From an uncultured Thermoproteaceae archaeon (lineage in GTDB: Archaea; Thermoproteota; Thermoprotei; Thermoproteales; Thermocladiaceae), in assembly GCA_964575955.1 (NCBI GenBank), contig CAZNTG010000015.1, positions 1-64,000 on the forward strand: 64,000 nucleotides of DNA, given 5' to 3'. Positions 37,526 to 48,042 of this stretch are shown piece by piece. The translations under genes were made by a program, and so were the position numbers. The number at the start of each line of letters is the position of its first letter. Position 1 is the stretch's first letter. The notes beneath the pieces are model-generated. The model was not told the DNA's origin, did not search any database, and was given only the letters and a program-made list of their open reading frames with translations.

Positions 37526-37575
37526 ATGATGATTGGTCCCCTCAGCAGATTGATGAAGATCCATTGCAGTGCTGA
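37526..37575 (+). ncRNA. Box C/D guide sRNA
   Basis: C ATGATGA - TTGGTCCCCTCAG - D' CAGA - C' ATGAAGA - TCCATTGCAGTG - D CTGA. Confidence 0.87.
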
Positions 37576-37581
37576 TATTGA

Positions 37582-38112
37582 TCACCTGTAGAAGTACTTG
37601 TATGCTAATATTCCAATTATCGTCTTACCATCAACAATTTCACCATTCTCAATCATTCTCAAAGCATCTTCAATATCTACCTCTCTAATCTCCATATACT
37701 TCTCTTCAGGACTCATCTCAGCTTGAGGTTTACCTACCTTCTTAAGATTTTCCATAACTACAATATGGATCATCTCATTAGTATATCCTGGAGTTGGGTA
37801 GAAACTTATAAGCTTCTTAACAATCTCAGCTTCATAACCAGTCTCTTCTAGAAGTTCTCTCTTAGCACACTGTACAATATCTTCTCCAGGCTTTAAAATA
37901 CCTGCAGGTAGCTCATATATATGTCTATCAAGTGCTGGTCTATACCTATATTCTAGAAGTATAGTACCTGGTCTTACAAACGCTAACATTGCAACAGCAC
38001 CTCTATGCTCAATAACATCACGCTCCTGTAATCCTTCAGGAGTCTCTATAACATATCTACACAACTTAAACACCCTACCTTCATATATAGTATCTCTACG
38101 TACCAACCTCAT
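37582..38112 (-). CDS. Nudix hydrolase (ADP-ribose pyrophosphatase-like)
   Basis: ELPAG...AKRELLEETG, YPTPG, DGKT; ATG 38112. Confidence 0.92.
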   Translation of the reverse strand: MRLVRRDTIYEGRVFKLCRYVIETPEGLQERDVIEHRGAVAMLAFVRPGTILLEYRYRPALDRHIYELPAGILKPGEDIVQCAKRELLEETGYEAEIVKKLISFYPTPGYTNEMIHIVVMENLKKVGKPQAEMSPEEKYMEIREVDIEDALRMIENGEIVDGKTIIGILAYKYFYR

Positions 38113-38126
38113 AGACACACATCGCA

Positions 38127-38975
38127 TTAAGAACTTTTTAAATATGCAATATAGATAGAATCTTGACATTGAACTTTAACATCTCTAAACTCTTCAATAT
38201 CTAAATCAACGACATGTATAGAATGGTCAACTTTAAACACTTTTATAAGCTTTATAACATTTTCAAAATTTAGATCAGATATATTACAGGTAATTACGAG
38301 CTCGATATTACTATCTCTCTTAAAGCGTAGACGTTTTCTACAGGGAAATTCAAGCATGTTTATAGCAATATGTATTGGAGATACATTATTTACATAATAC
38401 ACACTCTCTTTACACTCAACATTCTTAATAATATTATCAACAACATCTCTATCAAGAATCTTATCAACAAGAATAACACGAATATTTGAAGATTGAGAAT
38501 TTAAAAATCTCTTAATCTCATACTGTGATAAACTTAGAATATTATCAATATTTTCAGTAGATACAAGCTCTATAATTCTATTAGGAACATTTGGAGTATA
38601 TAGAACATGTTCAGCAGATCTTAAAAGTCTAAGCGATTTTAAATTTAAATACTTAGGTAATCCAAGACCAATATCAACAATGTACAATCCAGGCTTAATA
38701 TCATCAGGTTTATGCAATTTCCAAGCCTTACCAGGAATTAGTGAATATAGAGTCCTCCTATTATTAGTTAAATCAAAAACTGTACGTACAATATTCAACT
38801 GTTTCAATATTTTTAGAACTCTCCTAATAGTTTTTGGTGAAAGTCCAGTACCTGAAACTATATCTTGAAAAGAGAGATATTGTCTACAATTGATTAAATG
38901 TTCAAGTAGCATATAGTTAATTACGCATCTAATAGTCTTAGAAGTTGCAAAGTTGTTACTGTCGCATGTGTTCAT
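38127..38975 (-). CDS. wHTH regulator fused to a degenerate tetrapyrrole-methylase-like domain
   Basis: LSFQDIVSGTGLSPKTIRRVLKILKQLNIV (HTH), then PGLYIVDIGLGLPKYLNLKSLRLLRSAEHVLY, resembling the TP_methylase N-terminus. Confidence 0.62.
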   Translation of the reverse strand: MNTCDSNNFATSKTIRCVINYMLLEHLINCRQYLSFQDIVSGTGLSPKTIRRVLKILKQLNIVRTVFDLTNNRRTLYSLIPGKAWKLHKPDDIKPGLYIVDIGLGLPKYLNLKSLRLLRSAEHVLYTPNVPNRIIELVSTENIDNILSLSQYEIKRFLNSQSSNIRVILVDKILDRDVVDNIIKNVECKESVYYVNNVSPIHIAINMLEFPCRKRLRFKRDSNIELVITCNISDLNFENVIKLIKVFKVDHSIHVVDLDIEEFRDVKVQCQDSIYIAYLKSS

Positions 38976-39017
38976 AATTCTTCACGATAAATAATGTGTA
39001 GACTATACTTTTAAAGA

Positions 39018-39443
39018 TTAGTCCAAAAACTTTATATATTTATCAAAAATAGTGGACAATGACATATACATGCTCTCTATCAATTTCCTTAACATACGTA
39101 ATACAGTATTAACTAACATGGAAATACTTAACATCTCTAAAACTCCTCCATATACAACACATCTCCAAACTAGATAGCATAAATCATCTATAATACATCT
39201 AAAATATACTAATCTAGTAATGTCTAGACTTTGTTTCATATCGACACTCTTCAAGTATTCAATAAAGCTATCTAACTTCTTAACAAAGAATTCAAGTTGA
39301 TTATATAGATATTGAAGTATCTCAATATTTCTAATATTAAAAACTCTATGAGATGTGTAGTGTATAGTATATATATCGCATAGTAATACTCCTACAAATG
39401 TTGTTATTATATAGTAATATTTATCAAATACTTCTTCACACAT
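39018..39443 (-). CDS. Hypothetical protein
   Basis: 141-aa ORF coupled to the upstream phosphoesterase. Confidence 0.55.
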   Translation of the reverse strand: MCEEVFDKYYYIITTFVGVLLCDIYTIHYTSHRVFNIRNIEILQYLYNQLEFFVKKLDSFIEYLKSVDMKQSLDITRLVYFRCIIDDLCYLVWRCVVYGGVLEMLSISMLVNTVLRMLRKLIESMYMSLSTIFDKYIKFLD

Positions 39444-40212
39444 AGTCTAGTATTGATTTCTTATCTTCAAATCTTAGATCTCTAATACCTTCTATAGATA
39501 ATTCATATATCTTCCAACTATCATTACAACTTTCTAACACATATATGCAATATTTTTCAGGAAATGATGAATTTAACACTATAGATTTACCAATTTTTAC
39601 AAGTCTAGTATTAGATTTATGTGCATGACCATGAATTATGAACATTTTTCTATTTGCAATATATTTCTCAAGTTTGTCTGTTCCAAGCATTTTCCAAATT
39701 TTGACATTTTCTCCCTGTAGTGTTCTGTATGTTGGTGCGTAGTGTATTAGTAGTATGTTTATACTATTATCATCAAGTTTTTCAATTGTACTTATTAGGT
39801 ATTCTAATCTTCTTCTATATATTTCATATATATTTTTTATATTTTTTAATTGCCAAATTGTTGGTTTATCAAGTACACCTCTACTACCAATAATTTTAAC
39901 ATTCTTACTATCTATCTCAATCTCTTTTTCAGAATCTTCTAACCACTCTACTTCAGGTATAGTTTTTCTAGCTTGTGCTATTACTTCTTCATAATCTTCA
40001 TTACCTGGACATGCTATTATGGGTGCACTTGTTATTGATCTTATAGTGAGTACTAGATTTTTGAGACCTTGAATATTTCCTCTCTCCATTAGATCTCCAG
40101 CAATTAGTACTAGATTGATATTTTTTAGAAAATCTCTATACTTGTTCAATAGTGTTGAAAATCGATTAAGATACTTTGGAGAATGTATATCTGCTGTAGC
40201 TAGTATTCTCAT
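39436..40212 (-). CDS. Calcineurin-like metallophosphoesterase
   Basis: ADIH, AGDL, GNED, HYAP, HGHAH. Confidence 0.9.
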   Translation of the reverse strand: MRILATADIHSPKYLNRFSTLLNKYRDFLKNINLVLIAGDLMERGNIQGLKNLVLTIRSITSAPIIACPGNEDYEEVIAQARKTIPEVEWLEDSEKEIEIDSKNVKIIGSRGVLDKPTIWQLKNIKNIYEIYRRRLEYLISTIEKLDDNSINILLIHYAPTYRTLQGENVKIWKMLGTDKLEKYIANRKMFIIHGHAHKSNTRLVKIGKSIVLNSSFPEKYCIYVLESCNDSWKIYELSIEGIRDLRFEDKKSILDYV

Positions 40213-40275
40213 ACTGTAACATATCTATCATCAATTAAAACATTTTAGACACTATCACACTCTCAGTGTCAGAGT

Positions 40276-40950
40276 ATGCATAGACTAAACGTGACTATAG
40301 AGTTTAAGAATGGTAATGAGAGAGATATTGAGATAGCTGTAAATGAACTAATAGTCTTCTCATGGACAGGTAGGAATATAGATATTGTTAAGAAGCTTGT
40401 TGAAGAAAGAGAGAAGTTTGGTATAAAACCAAAAACAATACCAGAATACTACAGACTACAGCCATACCTGATAACTACAAGTAACTATATACGTAAGATA
40501 TCTGAAACACATGCAGGAGAGGTTGAGTATGTACTATTGATACGTAATGAAGATGAGATATTTATCACAGTTGGAAGCGATCACACAGATCTAGATGCAG
40601 AGAGATGTAGCATCTTAGCAGGTAAGCATATGTATCCTAAGGTAGTTGCTAGAAGAGCATGGCCATTAGAGGAAGTTGAAGATCATATAGATAAGATAAT
40701 ATTGAGAAGTTGGATACTTGAAGATAGTAGAAAGGTAATATATCAAGAAGGTTCATTAAGCCTATTAGTAAGACCAGACAAATTGATAGAGCAGGTTAAG
40801 GAGATTGTTGGAGATTTAAGAAATGTTGTAGTATTCTCAGGAACAATACCAACAAATACAGGACAGTTAAAAGTTAGTGAATACTTTGAAATTAAAATGA
40901 TAGATCCTGTACTTAATAGAGAGATATCACACTACTATTGGATTGATTAA
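40276..40950 (+). CDS. DUF2848 / fumarylacetoacetate-hydrolase-like protein
   Basis: WTGRN, GEVEY, VGSDHTD, YQEG, FSGT. Confidence 0.82.
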   Translation: MHRLNVTIEFKNGNERDIEIAVNELIVFSWTGRNIDIVKKLVEEREKFGIKPKTIPEYYRLQPYLITTSNYIRKISETHAGEVEYVLLIRNEDEIFITVGSDHTDLDAERCSILAGKHMYPKVVARRAWPLEEVEDHIDKIILRSWILEDSRKVIYQEGSLSLLVRPDKLIEQVKEIVGDLRNVVVFSGTIPTNTGQLKVSEYFEIKMIDPVLNREISHYYWID

Positions 40951-42218
40951 AAAACTATATTAACAATTTTAATACATTCTCTCAACATTTCTACAGGATA
41001 GAAAATACCTATAATAATGACTAAAGCTGTAAGTATTACTAACGGTATTATCAATCTTCTACTAACATTACTAGATCTATAATTTCTATATAGCTTAATG
41101 TAGTATGGCACTGATAGTACACTATTAGCTATGACTAATATTGCAAGCCATACTTGACCACAACTCAATATGTATAGTATTATGAAGAGTTTTGGCCAAA
41201 AACCTATGAGTGGCGGTATTCCTATTAAGGATAGTGCATGTATTAGAGATATACCTCTAACATTTCTATAATCAGTATCTAAACCTATAAATAGGGCACA
41301 TTTAGAAATTGCAACAGAGATTATATGAAATATAAACACTCCAAGACATGGTAGTAGAAGTTTTTCATTTAAAAATCCTACAGATAAGACAGCAATACCA
41401 TATCCTGTCTGTGCAATAGTTGAAAATGCTAATATATGTTCAATATCTTTTGAAAATAGTGCACCGAGATTTCCAATAAACATTGTAATTATAGAGATTG
41501 TAGATAATGTTAAGAATAGTGTGTAGTTCATACTAACATCAATACTATAAAATACTCTACATAATGCCAATATTGCAACAATCTTCATAAACGATGCAAG
41601 CATAGCTACAGACTCTCTATCACTACCCTTATATACGTCAGGTATCCACACATGTAGAGGAACAATACCAAGTTCATACGCTATTCCAAAAAGTATTAAT
41701 AGTATTGGAATGATAATCACGTTACGTAAAACCTCTAGGTAAGATATTCCAAATATGAGAAGTGTTGCACCAATAGCTGAGAATACTAGATATTTAATAC
41801 AGGAAATTATAGAACTTCTACTTCTAGCTCTAGCAAGTAATGGTGCAAATATTGCAGAAGTTACTAACCATATACATGCTACAGTTATGAAGTTTTTAAA
41901 CAATATTAAAAATATTGATAGATAACTAATTATTAGATATATTAGAGATTGTGCAGGTGTAAATTTATAATCAACAATCTCTAAACAGGAAGAGGAACAT
42001 AGTAATACTATCAATATGACTAGTATAGGTATAGCACTACAAGATAGTTCATGATTAAGATTAGCTACATATAGTAGATATATGTATGGTATTGATGTTA
42101 AAATTATGCTTAAATATTTAGAAATTTTATACAATCTAAAAATCCATAACAGTAAAATTATGACTATTGATACTGTTAGTAGTAATGTTAATTGTGATAA
42201 TATAACTTCCATAGACAT
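40947..42218 (-). CDS. nuoN: Complex I-like antiporter subunit N
   Basis: KYLVFSAIG, VPLHVWIPDVY, LAFSTIAQTGY, GIPPLIGFWPK. Confidence 0.85.
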   Translation of the reverse strand: MSMEVILSQLTLLLTVSIVIILLLWIFRLYKISKYLSIILTSIPYIYLLYVANLNHELSCSAIPILVILIVLLCSSSCLEIVDYKFTPAQSLIYLIISYLSIFLILFKNFITVACIWLVTSAIFAPLLARARSRSSIISCIKYLVFSAIGATLLIFGISYLEVLRNVIIIPILLILFGIAYELGIVPLHVWIPDVYKGSDRESVAMLASFMKIVAILALCRVFYSIDVSMNYTLFLTLSTISIITMFIGNLGALFSKDIEHILAFSTIAQTGYGIAVLSVGFLNEKLLLPCLGVFIFHIISVAISKCALFIGLDTDYRNVRGISLIHALSLIGIPPLIGFWPKLFIILYILSCGQVWLAILVIANSVLSVPYYIKLYRNYRSSNVSRRLIIPLVILTALVIIIGIFYPVEMLRECIKIVNIVF

Positions 42219-42221
42219 AGT

Positions 42222-44087
42222 CTAAATAACGTGTAGAATTATAACAAGTACTAGTAGTGTCATTACTGCTAAAATACTTGCATATGCTAAATCTCTAATA
42301 AACTTCTCAACATGTATCTTACTCACTAATCTACATACTCTATCTACAAAACTTCTAGGAAATTTAAAGTGAATAATATTATCTATAATCTTATCAATAC
42401 TATACATACTACGCATAATTTTTATAATATTAGAACTATGTATTATAGAGTCTATAAGTGTTGAAATTTTATAAATTTCCTTAAACATTTTCATAAATAT
42501 TTTAGGTATTAACATGTCTATCATGTATGGAAGTCCAAGTCTTAACTTTAAGATTTTGATAATATTTCTAAATCTAATTTTTGAGAAATATCTTATTGCT
42601 AGTAGTATACATAGTATAGATATTGTCTGAGATATTATTGTCATTATTGTTATTTCTATACTAATCCTAAAGAAGTAGTACAGTATGTATGGCATGGTCA
42701 TTATTATTAGAGTTGAATATTCCATAAATCTATCTTTAATATCAACTTCCTCAATACTTTCAATACCTTCTTTCTTAAGTTTCCAAAATGTTAAGATTAT
42801 CTTCATTAGTAGTAATATTGAGATTATGTGTGTTGTTAATAGTAGTGGTATTGTATATTGTGGTGATAATTCTATAGATTTTTCAGTCATTATAAATCCA
42901 AGACTTGGAAAGATGACACCGAACAAGTTTGCTGATGATAGTATTAGTGCAGTATATGCTTGTCTAAATCTTAGAAATACCTTAATATCATCTATAAATC
43001 TTGTCTTAGCTACATGCATTGTGTATCCACATGTCATGAATAGACACGCTTTACTTAGACCATGTGCAAGTAGTATTACTAGTCCTAGTATTAGGTAGTC
43101 TATGTTTAGAGTATACCAGTATAGTATTGATGTGTATAGTAGTAATCCTACATATATTGTTGTTGATGCTGCTAAGATAACTTTAACTTCTCTAGATGCA
43201 AGACCTAGAATACCTGAAACTACAGTTGAGGATAGTGTATAGATTAGTAATGGCTGTACTACACTACTTGGAATGTGTAAATATGGAGCGATTTTAAATA
43301 TTGTAAATGCACCAGCATTAACAAGTGTTGTAGAGTGTATCATGGCTGATGCAGGTGTTGGACCTGCCATAGCTGTGAATAGCCATTCTGTGAATGGTAT
43401 CTGTGCTGATGGTACTAATGTTGCAAATATGATTAAGAATTGTACAAGCGTATTACTAATCTTCAACAATGATGGTAGTAGGACAGATTTAGCATATGTA
43501 AATGCTAGACAGGAAGCAATCAACATACTACACGTACCAACACTAGTAATCATTATAGCTCTAAATGCTGCCTGTGATGGAGACCATAGTAATGACATTC
43601 CTCTACATGTATATCCTTCACCAACATATCTCTCAGGTTCATCTCTATACCAATGACCTATGAGAGAGTAGCTACATAACTCTAAAATATTCCAAGATAT
43701 TGTAATAGTTATTAAATCGTATGAAAAGAATAGTAATAATGTTCCAAAATACATAAGTGAACTAAACATGAAAAACCATCCTCTTCTATAGTCATCCCAT
43801 AGATAACCTATAGAGTATAGCTCTACAAGTAGTATTATCAATGTTGCAGATATTGCATACAATATCCATATCTTATCAATACATAATGCAAGTGTCAAGT
43901 TTCCAATATCAAAATATTTTAATACTAACCTATGCTTAGTGTAGAAGTATAGATATATTAAAAGTATGAGATCTACAAATGATGCAATACATGTAGCATA
44001 GCCTCTTCTAAGTAATAATTCTAAAATTCCTGCAAATATTGGTAATAGTAGTATTGTTAAAACTATGAATATAACCATACTACACAC
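42222..44087 (-). CDS. nuoL: Complex I-like antiporter subunit L
   Basis: SAQIPFTEWLFTAMAGPTPASAMIHSTTLVNAG, HGLSKACLF. Confidence 0.87.
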   Translation of the reverse strand: MCSMVIFIVLTILLLPIFAGILELLLRRGYATCIASFVDLILLIYLYFYTKHRLVLKYFDIGNLTLALCIDKIWILYAISATLIILLVELYSIGYLWDDYRRGWFFMFSSLMYFGTLLLFFSYDLITITISWNILELCSYSLIGHWYRDEPERYVGEGYTCRGMSLLWSPSQAAFRAIMITSVGTCSMLIASCLAFTYAKSVLLPSLLKISNTLVQFLIIFATLVPSAQIPFTEWLFTAMAGPTPASAMIHSTTLVNAGAFTIFKIAPYLHIPSSVVQPLLIYTLSSTVVSGILGLASREVKVILAASTTIYVGLLLYTSILYWYTLNIDYLILGLVILLAHGLSKACLFMTCGYTMHVAKTRFIDDIKVFLRFRQAYTALILSSANLFGVIFPSLGFIMTEKSIELSPQYTIPLLLTTHIISILLLMKIILTFWKLKKEGIESIEEVDIKDRFMEYSTLIIMTMPYILYYFFRISIEITIMTIISQTISILCILLAIRYFSKIRFRNIIKILKLRLGLPYMIDMLIPKIFMKMFKEIYKISTLIDSIIHSSNIIKIMRSMYSIDKIIDNIIHFKFPRSFVDRVCRLVSKIHVEKFIRDLAYASILAVMTLLVLVIILHVI

Positions 44088-45558
44088 CTCTAGAGAGTAT
44101 TATATAGTTAAATTTTGATACACCGAATAGTAACATATTCAATACTTGAGGTATCATTAATACTATAGTCAATATTGATAATAATATTATTGGTATATCC
44201 ATTGAGTAGAGTGGTCTAACTCTTCTAAGATGTTGAGCTGTTCCAAAGTATAGTCTTCTCATTGCATAGAAGCAGTATGCTATTGTTACTAGTAGTGCTA
44301 TTATGTACATAATTATCATGAATATCTTAAGATTTAGAGAAAGTGCAGCAACAGTATTCAACATTGTCAATGTTAAATATATTTTTGAGAAAAGTCCAAT
44401 ATTAAATATTCCTGATAGACTTATAAATCCTATAATACCAGCAACAGCTACAGGTCTATAGACGTCGTAGAGTCCAAATAGATCTGTGAAAGATCTATAT
44501 CCAAGCCTTGTTATACAAAATCCACCGAACATGAATAGTAGTGATTTTGCAAGTGCATGTGCTATAAATACTAGAATTAGTGCAACTTCACCAATGTAGT
44601 TACACAATGCTATACAAATAACCATGGATCCCATGTGTGAAATTGATGAATATGCTAGAAATCTCTTAATATCATTCTCACTAAGTGCCATAGCTCCTCC
44701 ATATATCATAGTTATAATACCATAGGCTGTTAATGGTATTGATATTGATTTTAGAAGAGTGCTGTAAAATGTGTGTAATATCTCCATCAATACAAATCCT
44801 GCAATACCAATATGGACAGGACTGAGTATAGCACTGACAGGTGAGGGAGCTTCTGCATGTGCCCATGGAAGCCAGAAATGTACCATAAATGTGCCCATCT
44901 TTATTAAAAATCCTACTAAGATTAGGAAGAATGCAACATATACATAACCTGCATATTGTATATGTATGCTAGTTATCATAAACGTACCATATTGAACATA
45001 CATCAATATTATTCCACATAGTACTAACAGTGATGCAACTTGACTCCACACTAAGTACAATAGTGCAACTCTATATCTATCTCCATAACCATACATTAAG
45101 ATTAGTAGAAAACTTGTAATAGCTGCAAGTTCTAAAAATATGAACATTATAATTAAATTCCTACTATACACCATCCCCATTAGTCCAAGTATGTATAAGA
45201 TGTATAGTATGTAATATCTTGAAAGATCTAGACCAATCTTCAATTCTTCACATCTATGTTCCATATAGCTTAATGAGTATATTGATACGCATGTTGCTAC
45301 AATTCCTGTTGTTAATATTATTGGTGCTGATATTGGATTAATCCAGAAAACTACATTTCCAATATATGGTATTTGAATATACTTCTCAACTATGAGTATC
45401 GTATGCTTATAGTAGTATATTAGTGATGGTATTAGCATAGATATGCAGGATATTGTAGACATTATGCATCTAGCAATGTTTGATATAGTTCTAAATCTGA
45501 GTAGTCCTATCAGGATTGTTATAGCTATTGGTATGTATAGTAGAAATATTTCAATCAT
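44080..45558 (-). CDS. nuoM: Complex I-like antiporter subunit M
   Basis: HFWLPWAHAEAPSPVSAILS, LAYSSISHMG; ATG 45558. Confidence 0.87.
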   Translation of the reverse strand: MIEIFLLYIPIAITILIGLLRFRTISNIARCIMSTISCISMLIPSLIYYYKHTILIVEKYIQIPYIGNVVFWINPISAPIILTTGIVATCVSIYSLSYMEHRCEELKIGLDLSRYYILYILYILGLMGMVYSRNLIIMFIFLELAAITSFLLILMYGYGDRYRVALLYLVWSQVASLLVLCGIILMYVQYGTFMITSIHIQYAGYVYVAFFLILVGFLIKMGTFMVHFWLPWAHAEAPSPVSAILSPVHIGIAGFVLMEILHTFYSTLLKSISIPLTAYGIITMIYGGAMALSENDIKRFLAYSSISHMGSMVICIALCNYIGEVALILVFIAHALAKSLLFMFGGFCITRLGYRSFTDLFGLYDVYRPVAVAGIIGFISLSGIFNIGLFSKIYLTLTMLNTVAALSLNLKIFMIIMYIIALLVTIAYCFYAMRRLYFGTAQHLRRVRPLYSMDIPIILLSILTIVLMIPQVLNMLLFGVSKFNYIILSRGV

Positions 45559-45565
45559 ACCTACA

Positions 45566-45868
45566 CTAGCTAACCTCTTCTTCAATTTCTTTTTCCTCAA
45601 TAACTCTATAACCTGATCTAGCAAGATAGTACAGTAATCCTATCATTAATGTTGTCTCCATTATTGATGATGCTATATATGTGAATGTCAGTATTGAAGA
45701 TCTTATTGGACTTGTCAGATATAGTATTACTAATGCTGTAAGTCCTGATAGAAATAGCACTTCTAGACCAATTAGAAGTCTTACAAGATCTCTACTAACA
45801 CTTACAACTCCTACACCTATTGATAGTACTATGAATGATAATGCTATTAGAATATTAATAATGTTCAC
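45566..45868 (-). CDS. nuoK: Complex I-like subunit K
   Basis: RDLVRLLIGLE; three TM helices; operon position. Confidence 0.82.
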   Translation of the reverse strand: MNIINILIALSFIVLSIGVGVVSVSRDLVRLLIGLEVLFLSGLTALVILYLTSPIRSSILTFTYIASSIMETTLMIGLLYYLARSGYRVIEEKEIEEEVS

Positions 45869-46350
45869 TGGGTTACCCCTCTTCGGCAGAGTTGTATTAC
45901 TATTAAAAACATTACTACAGTAAGTACTATTAACAGTATTGTGATAGTTCCATATTCTGAATTATTTATAAGTGATGATGTTATCACACTAAGTGAATAT
46001 TTACTTACAGGATACTTAACACATAGATGCTTAATAAACATTGCTATTGAGATTCCAATAATAGATCCAAGAATGATGATAGGTAAAGCTCTTCTAAAAC
46101 CTATTACAGGACTCTTCAACTCTATTGCAGATGCTGCAACAATTATAAATGTTATAACAACACCAACATACACTATCAATACTAAGATTGTTAGAAAAAT
46201 ATTTGAAAATATGTAAGATATTGTAGCTATAGTAATAGCAGATATTAATAATAGTATTGCTGCAACAACATTATCTCTAACTTTTAAAATTCCTAAACAT
46301 GAGACTACACATATTGTAGATAATGTCAACAATATGACTAGTATATCCAT
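45865..46350 (-). CDS. nuoJ: Complex I-like subunit J
   Basis: LIVYVGVV motif; hydrophobic; operon position. Confidence 0.8.
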   Translation of the reverse strand: MDILVILLTLSTICVVSCLGILKVRDNVVAAILLLISAITIATISYIFSNIFLTILVLIVYVGVVITFIIVAASAIELKSPVIGFRRALPIIILGSIIGISIAMFIKHLCVKYPVSKYSLSVITSSLINNSEYGTITILLIVLTVVMFLIVIQLCRRGVTQ

Positions 46351-46374
46351 ACTCTTTGAAAGATTATTGAAAAT

Positions 46375-48042
46375 TTATCTATCACACTCAGGTGGAAAGT
46401 GACCAAAACTTCCATAAATTGCAGGTACATCTGCAAGTCTATACCCAACCATTGCATTCATCATTCCGAGTAGATTGTAGTATGATGGTGTTACAATTCT
46501 AAATCTATACAATCTCTCACTATCTTTCTGTGGAAATATTTGAATATATGTTAAACCTCTACCTGCTTCAACATATGAGTCACATGATCTTTTTGGAAGT
46601 ATTAATCTACTGAGAAGTTTAATAATATCTCTAGGTTCTCTAAATTCTATACCAACTTCTCTACATATGTTAATGAGATCTTCAGATACTACACTACCTT
46701 TAGGAAGTTTTTTCAAAATTTGTTTAATTATATTAATACTCTGCTCTATCTCTAAAATTCTTAAAAGCATTCTTGAATATGCATCACCACGATCTAGAAC
46801 AGGAATTTCAAACTCAACCTCATTATAGTACTCATATTTTAGTTCTTTTCTAGCATCATAGTATAATCCTGATGCTCTTAAATTTGGTCCTACCAAATTT
46901 AGCTTTCTAGCACTATCTCTATCTAAAATACCAACATCTACAAGTCTTGCCTTTACAGCTGAATTTTCTATAAAGATATTTTTGAAAGATTTTAACCATC
47001 TCTCTATTGTGTTTACTGTATTTTCAATAAGTTTAACTATATCTTCATTAAAATCATATCTAACACCTCCAGGTATGATACATGTTGGTGCATGTCTAGA
47101 ACCTGCATATCTTGAAAATATTTCACATATAGTTTCTCTAAGTTCAAAACACCACATATATCCTGTACTATGTCCAATCATTATTGATAATATTCCAAGA
47201 TCGTATAGATGTGTACCTATTCTAGAAAGTTCAGCTAATATTGTTCTAATTGCTCTAGCTCTTTCAGGTACTTTAATTTTCAAAATCTTCTCAATACAGT
47301 GTACGTATGGTAGTACTATGTTTATAGGATCTGTAAGTGATACTCTCTCAAGTATTGGTATTATTGATATGAAGTGTCTATCTTCAACAATCTTCTCAAC
47401 TCCCCTATGTACATATCCTGGATCTGGTTCTACATTTTTAACAATATCTCCCTCTAAGAATAGTATAAATCTGAAATGTCCACTTCCTGGATGTTGTGGA
47501 CCTACGACTAGACTAATCAATCTTTCATTTTTTGATAATTCTTCAACTCTCTCAATAATGAATAGGTTCCATCTAAGCCATGTTTCTCTCCTCTCTTCTC
47601 TATCAATTTTATAAGCCTTCTCAATATTCTTCTCCTGTAATATCTTTATAGCTTTTAAAACAGCTTCAGGTAGTGGTGGACATCCAGGAACATACACATC
47701 TACAGGAACTACATCTTCAGCCTTAACAACATGATAACTTCCTGAAAATATTCCATAATTAGCTGAGCAGGAACCCATAGCTATGACATATTTAGGCTCT
47801 GGCATCTGGTCATATATAAGTCTTATATGTTTAGCCATTTTTCTCGTAATTGTTCCTTCAATGATTAGAAGATTGCATTGTCTAAGTGCTGGCATTGGTA
47901 GTACACCATGTCTCTCAGCATCGAATCCAGGTGCGAATACATGTGCAAATTCTACACCACAACATGCAGTTACTAGATGTACTGGCCATAGTGAGTATCC
48001 TATAGCCCATCTAAGTACTCTATCTATCATATTTATACCCAT
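46375..48042 (-). CDS. nuoB: NuoB-NuoD fusion protein (no NuoC domain)
   Basis: TACCGVE, AMGSC, VPGCPP (NuoB) joined by a short linker to GPQHPGS, GYVHRGVEK, EAGRG, PPECDR (NuoD). Confidence 0.87.
   Translation of the reverse strand: MGINMIDRVLRWAIGYSLWPVHLVTACCGVEFAHVFAPGFDAERHGVLPMPALRQCNLLIIEGTITRKMAKHIRLIYDQMPEPKYVIAMGSCSANYGIFSGSYHVVKAEDVVPVDVYVPGCPPLPEAVLKAIKILQEKNIEKAYKIDREERRETWLRWNLFIIERVEELSKNERLISLVVGPQHPGSGHFRFILFLEGDIVKNVEPDPGYVHRGVEKIVEDRHFISIIPILERVSLTDPINIVLPYVHCIEKILKIKVPERARAIRTILAELSRIGTHLYDLGILSIMIGHSTGYMWCFELRETICEIFSRYAGSRHAPTCIIPGGVRYDFNEDIVKLIENTVNTIERWLKSFKNIFIENSAVKARLVDVGILDRDSARKLNLVGPNLRASGLYYDARKELKYEYYNEVEFEIPVLDRGDAYSRMLLRILEIEQSINIIKQILKKLPKGSVVSEDLINICREVGIEFREPRDIIKLLSRLILPKRSCDSYVEAGRGLTYIQIFPQKDSERLYRFRIVTPSYYNLLGMMNAMVGYRLADVPAIYGSFGHFPPECDR

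Noticed and set aside
46375-48042. Group 4 [NiFe]-hydrogenase large subunit
   Set aside because: No N- or C-terminal CxxC Ni-binding motifs
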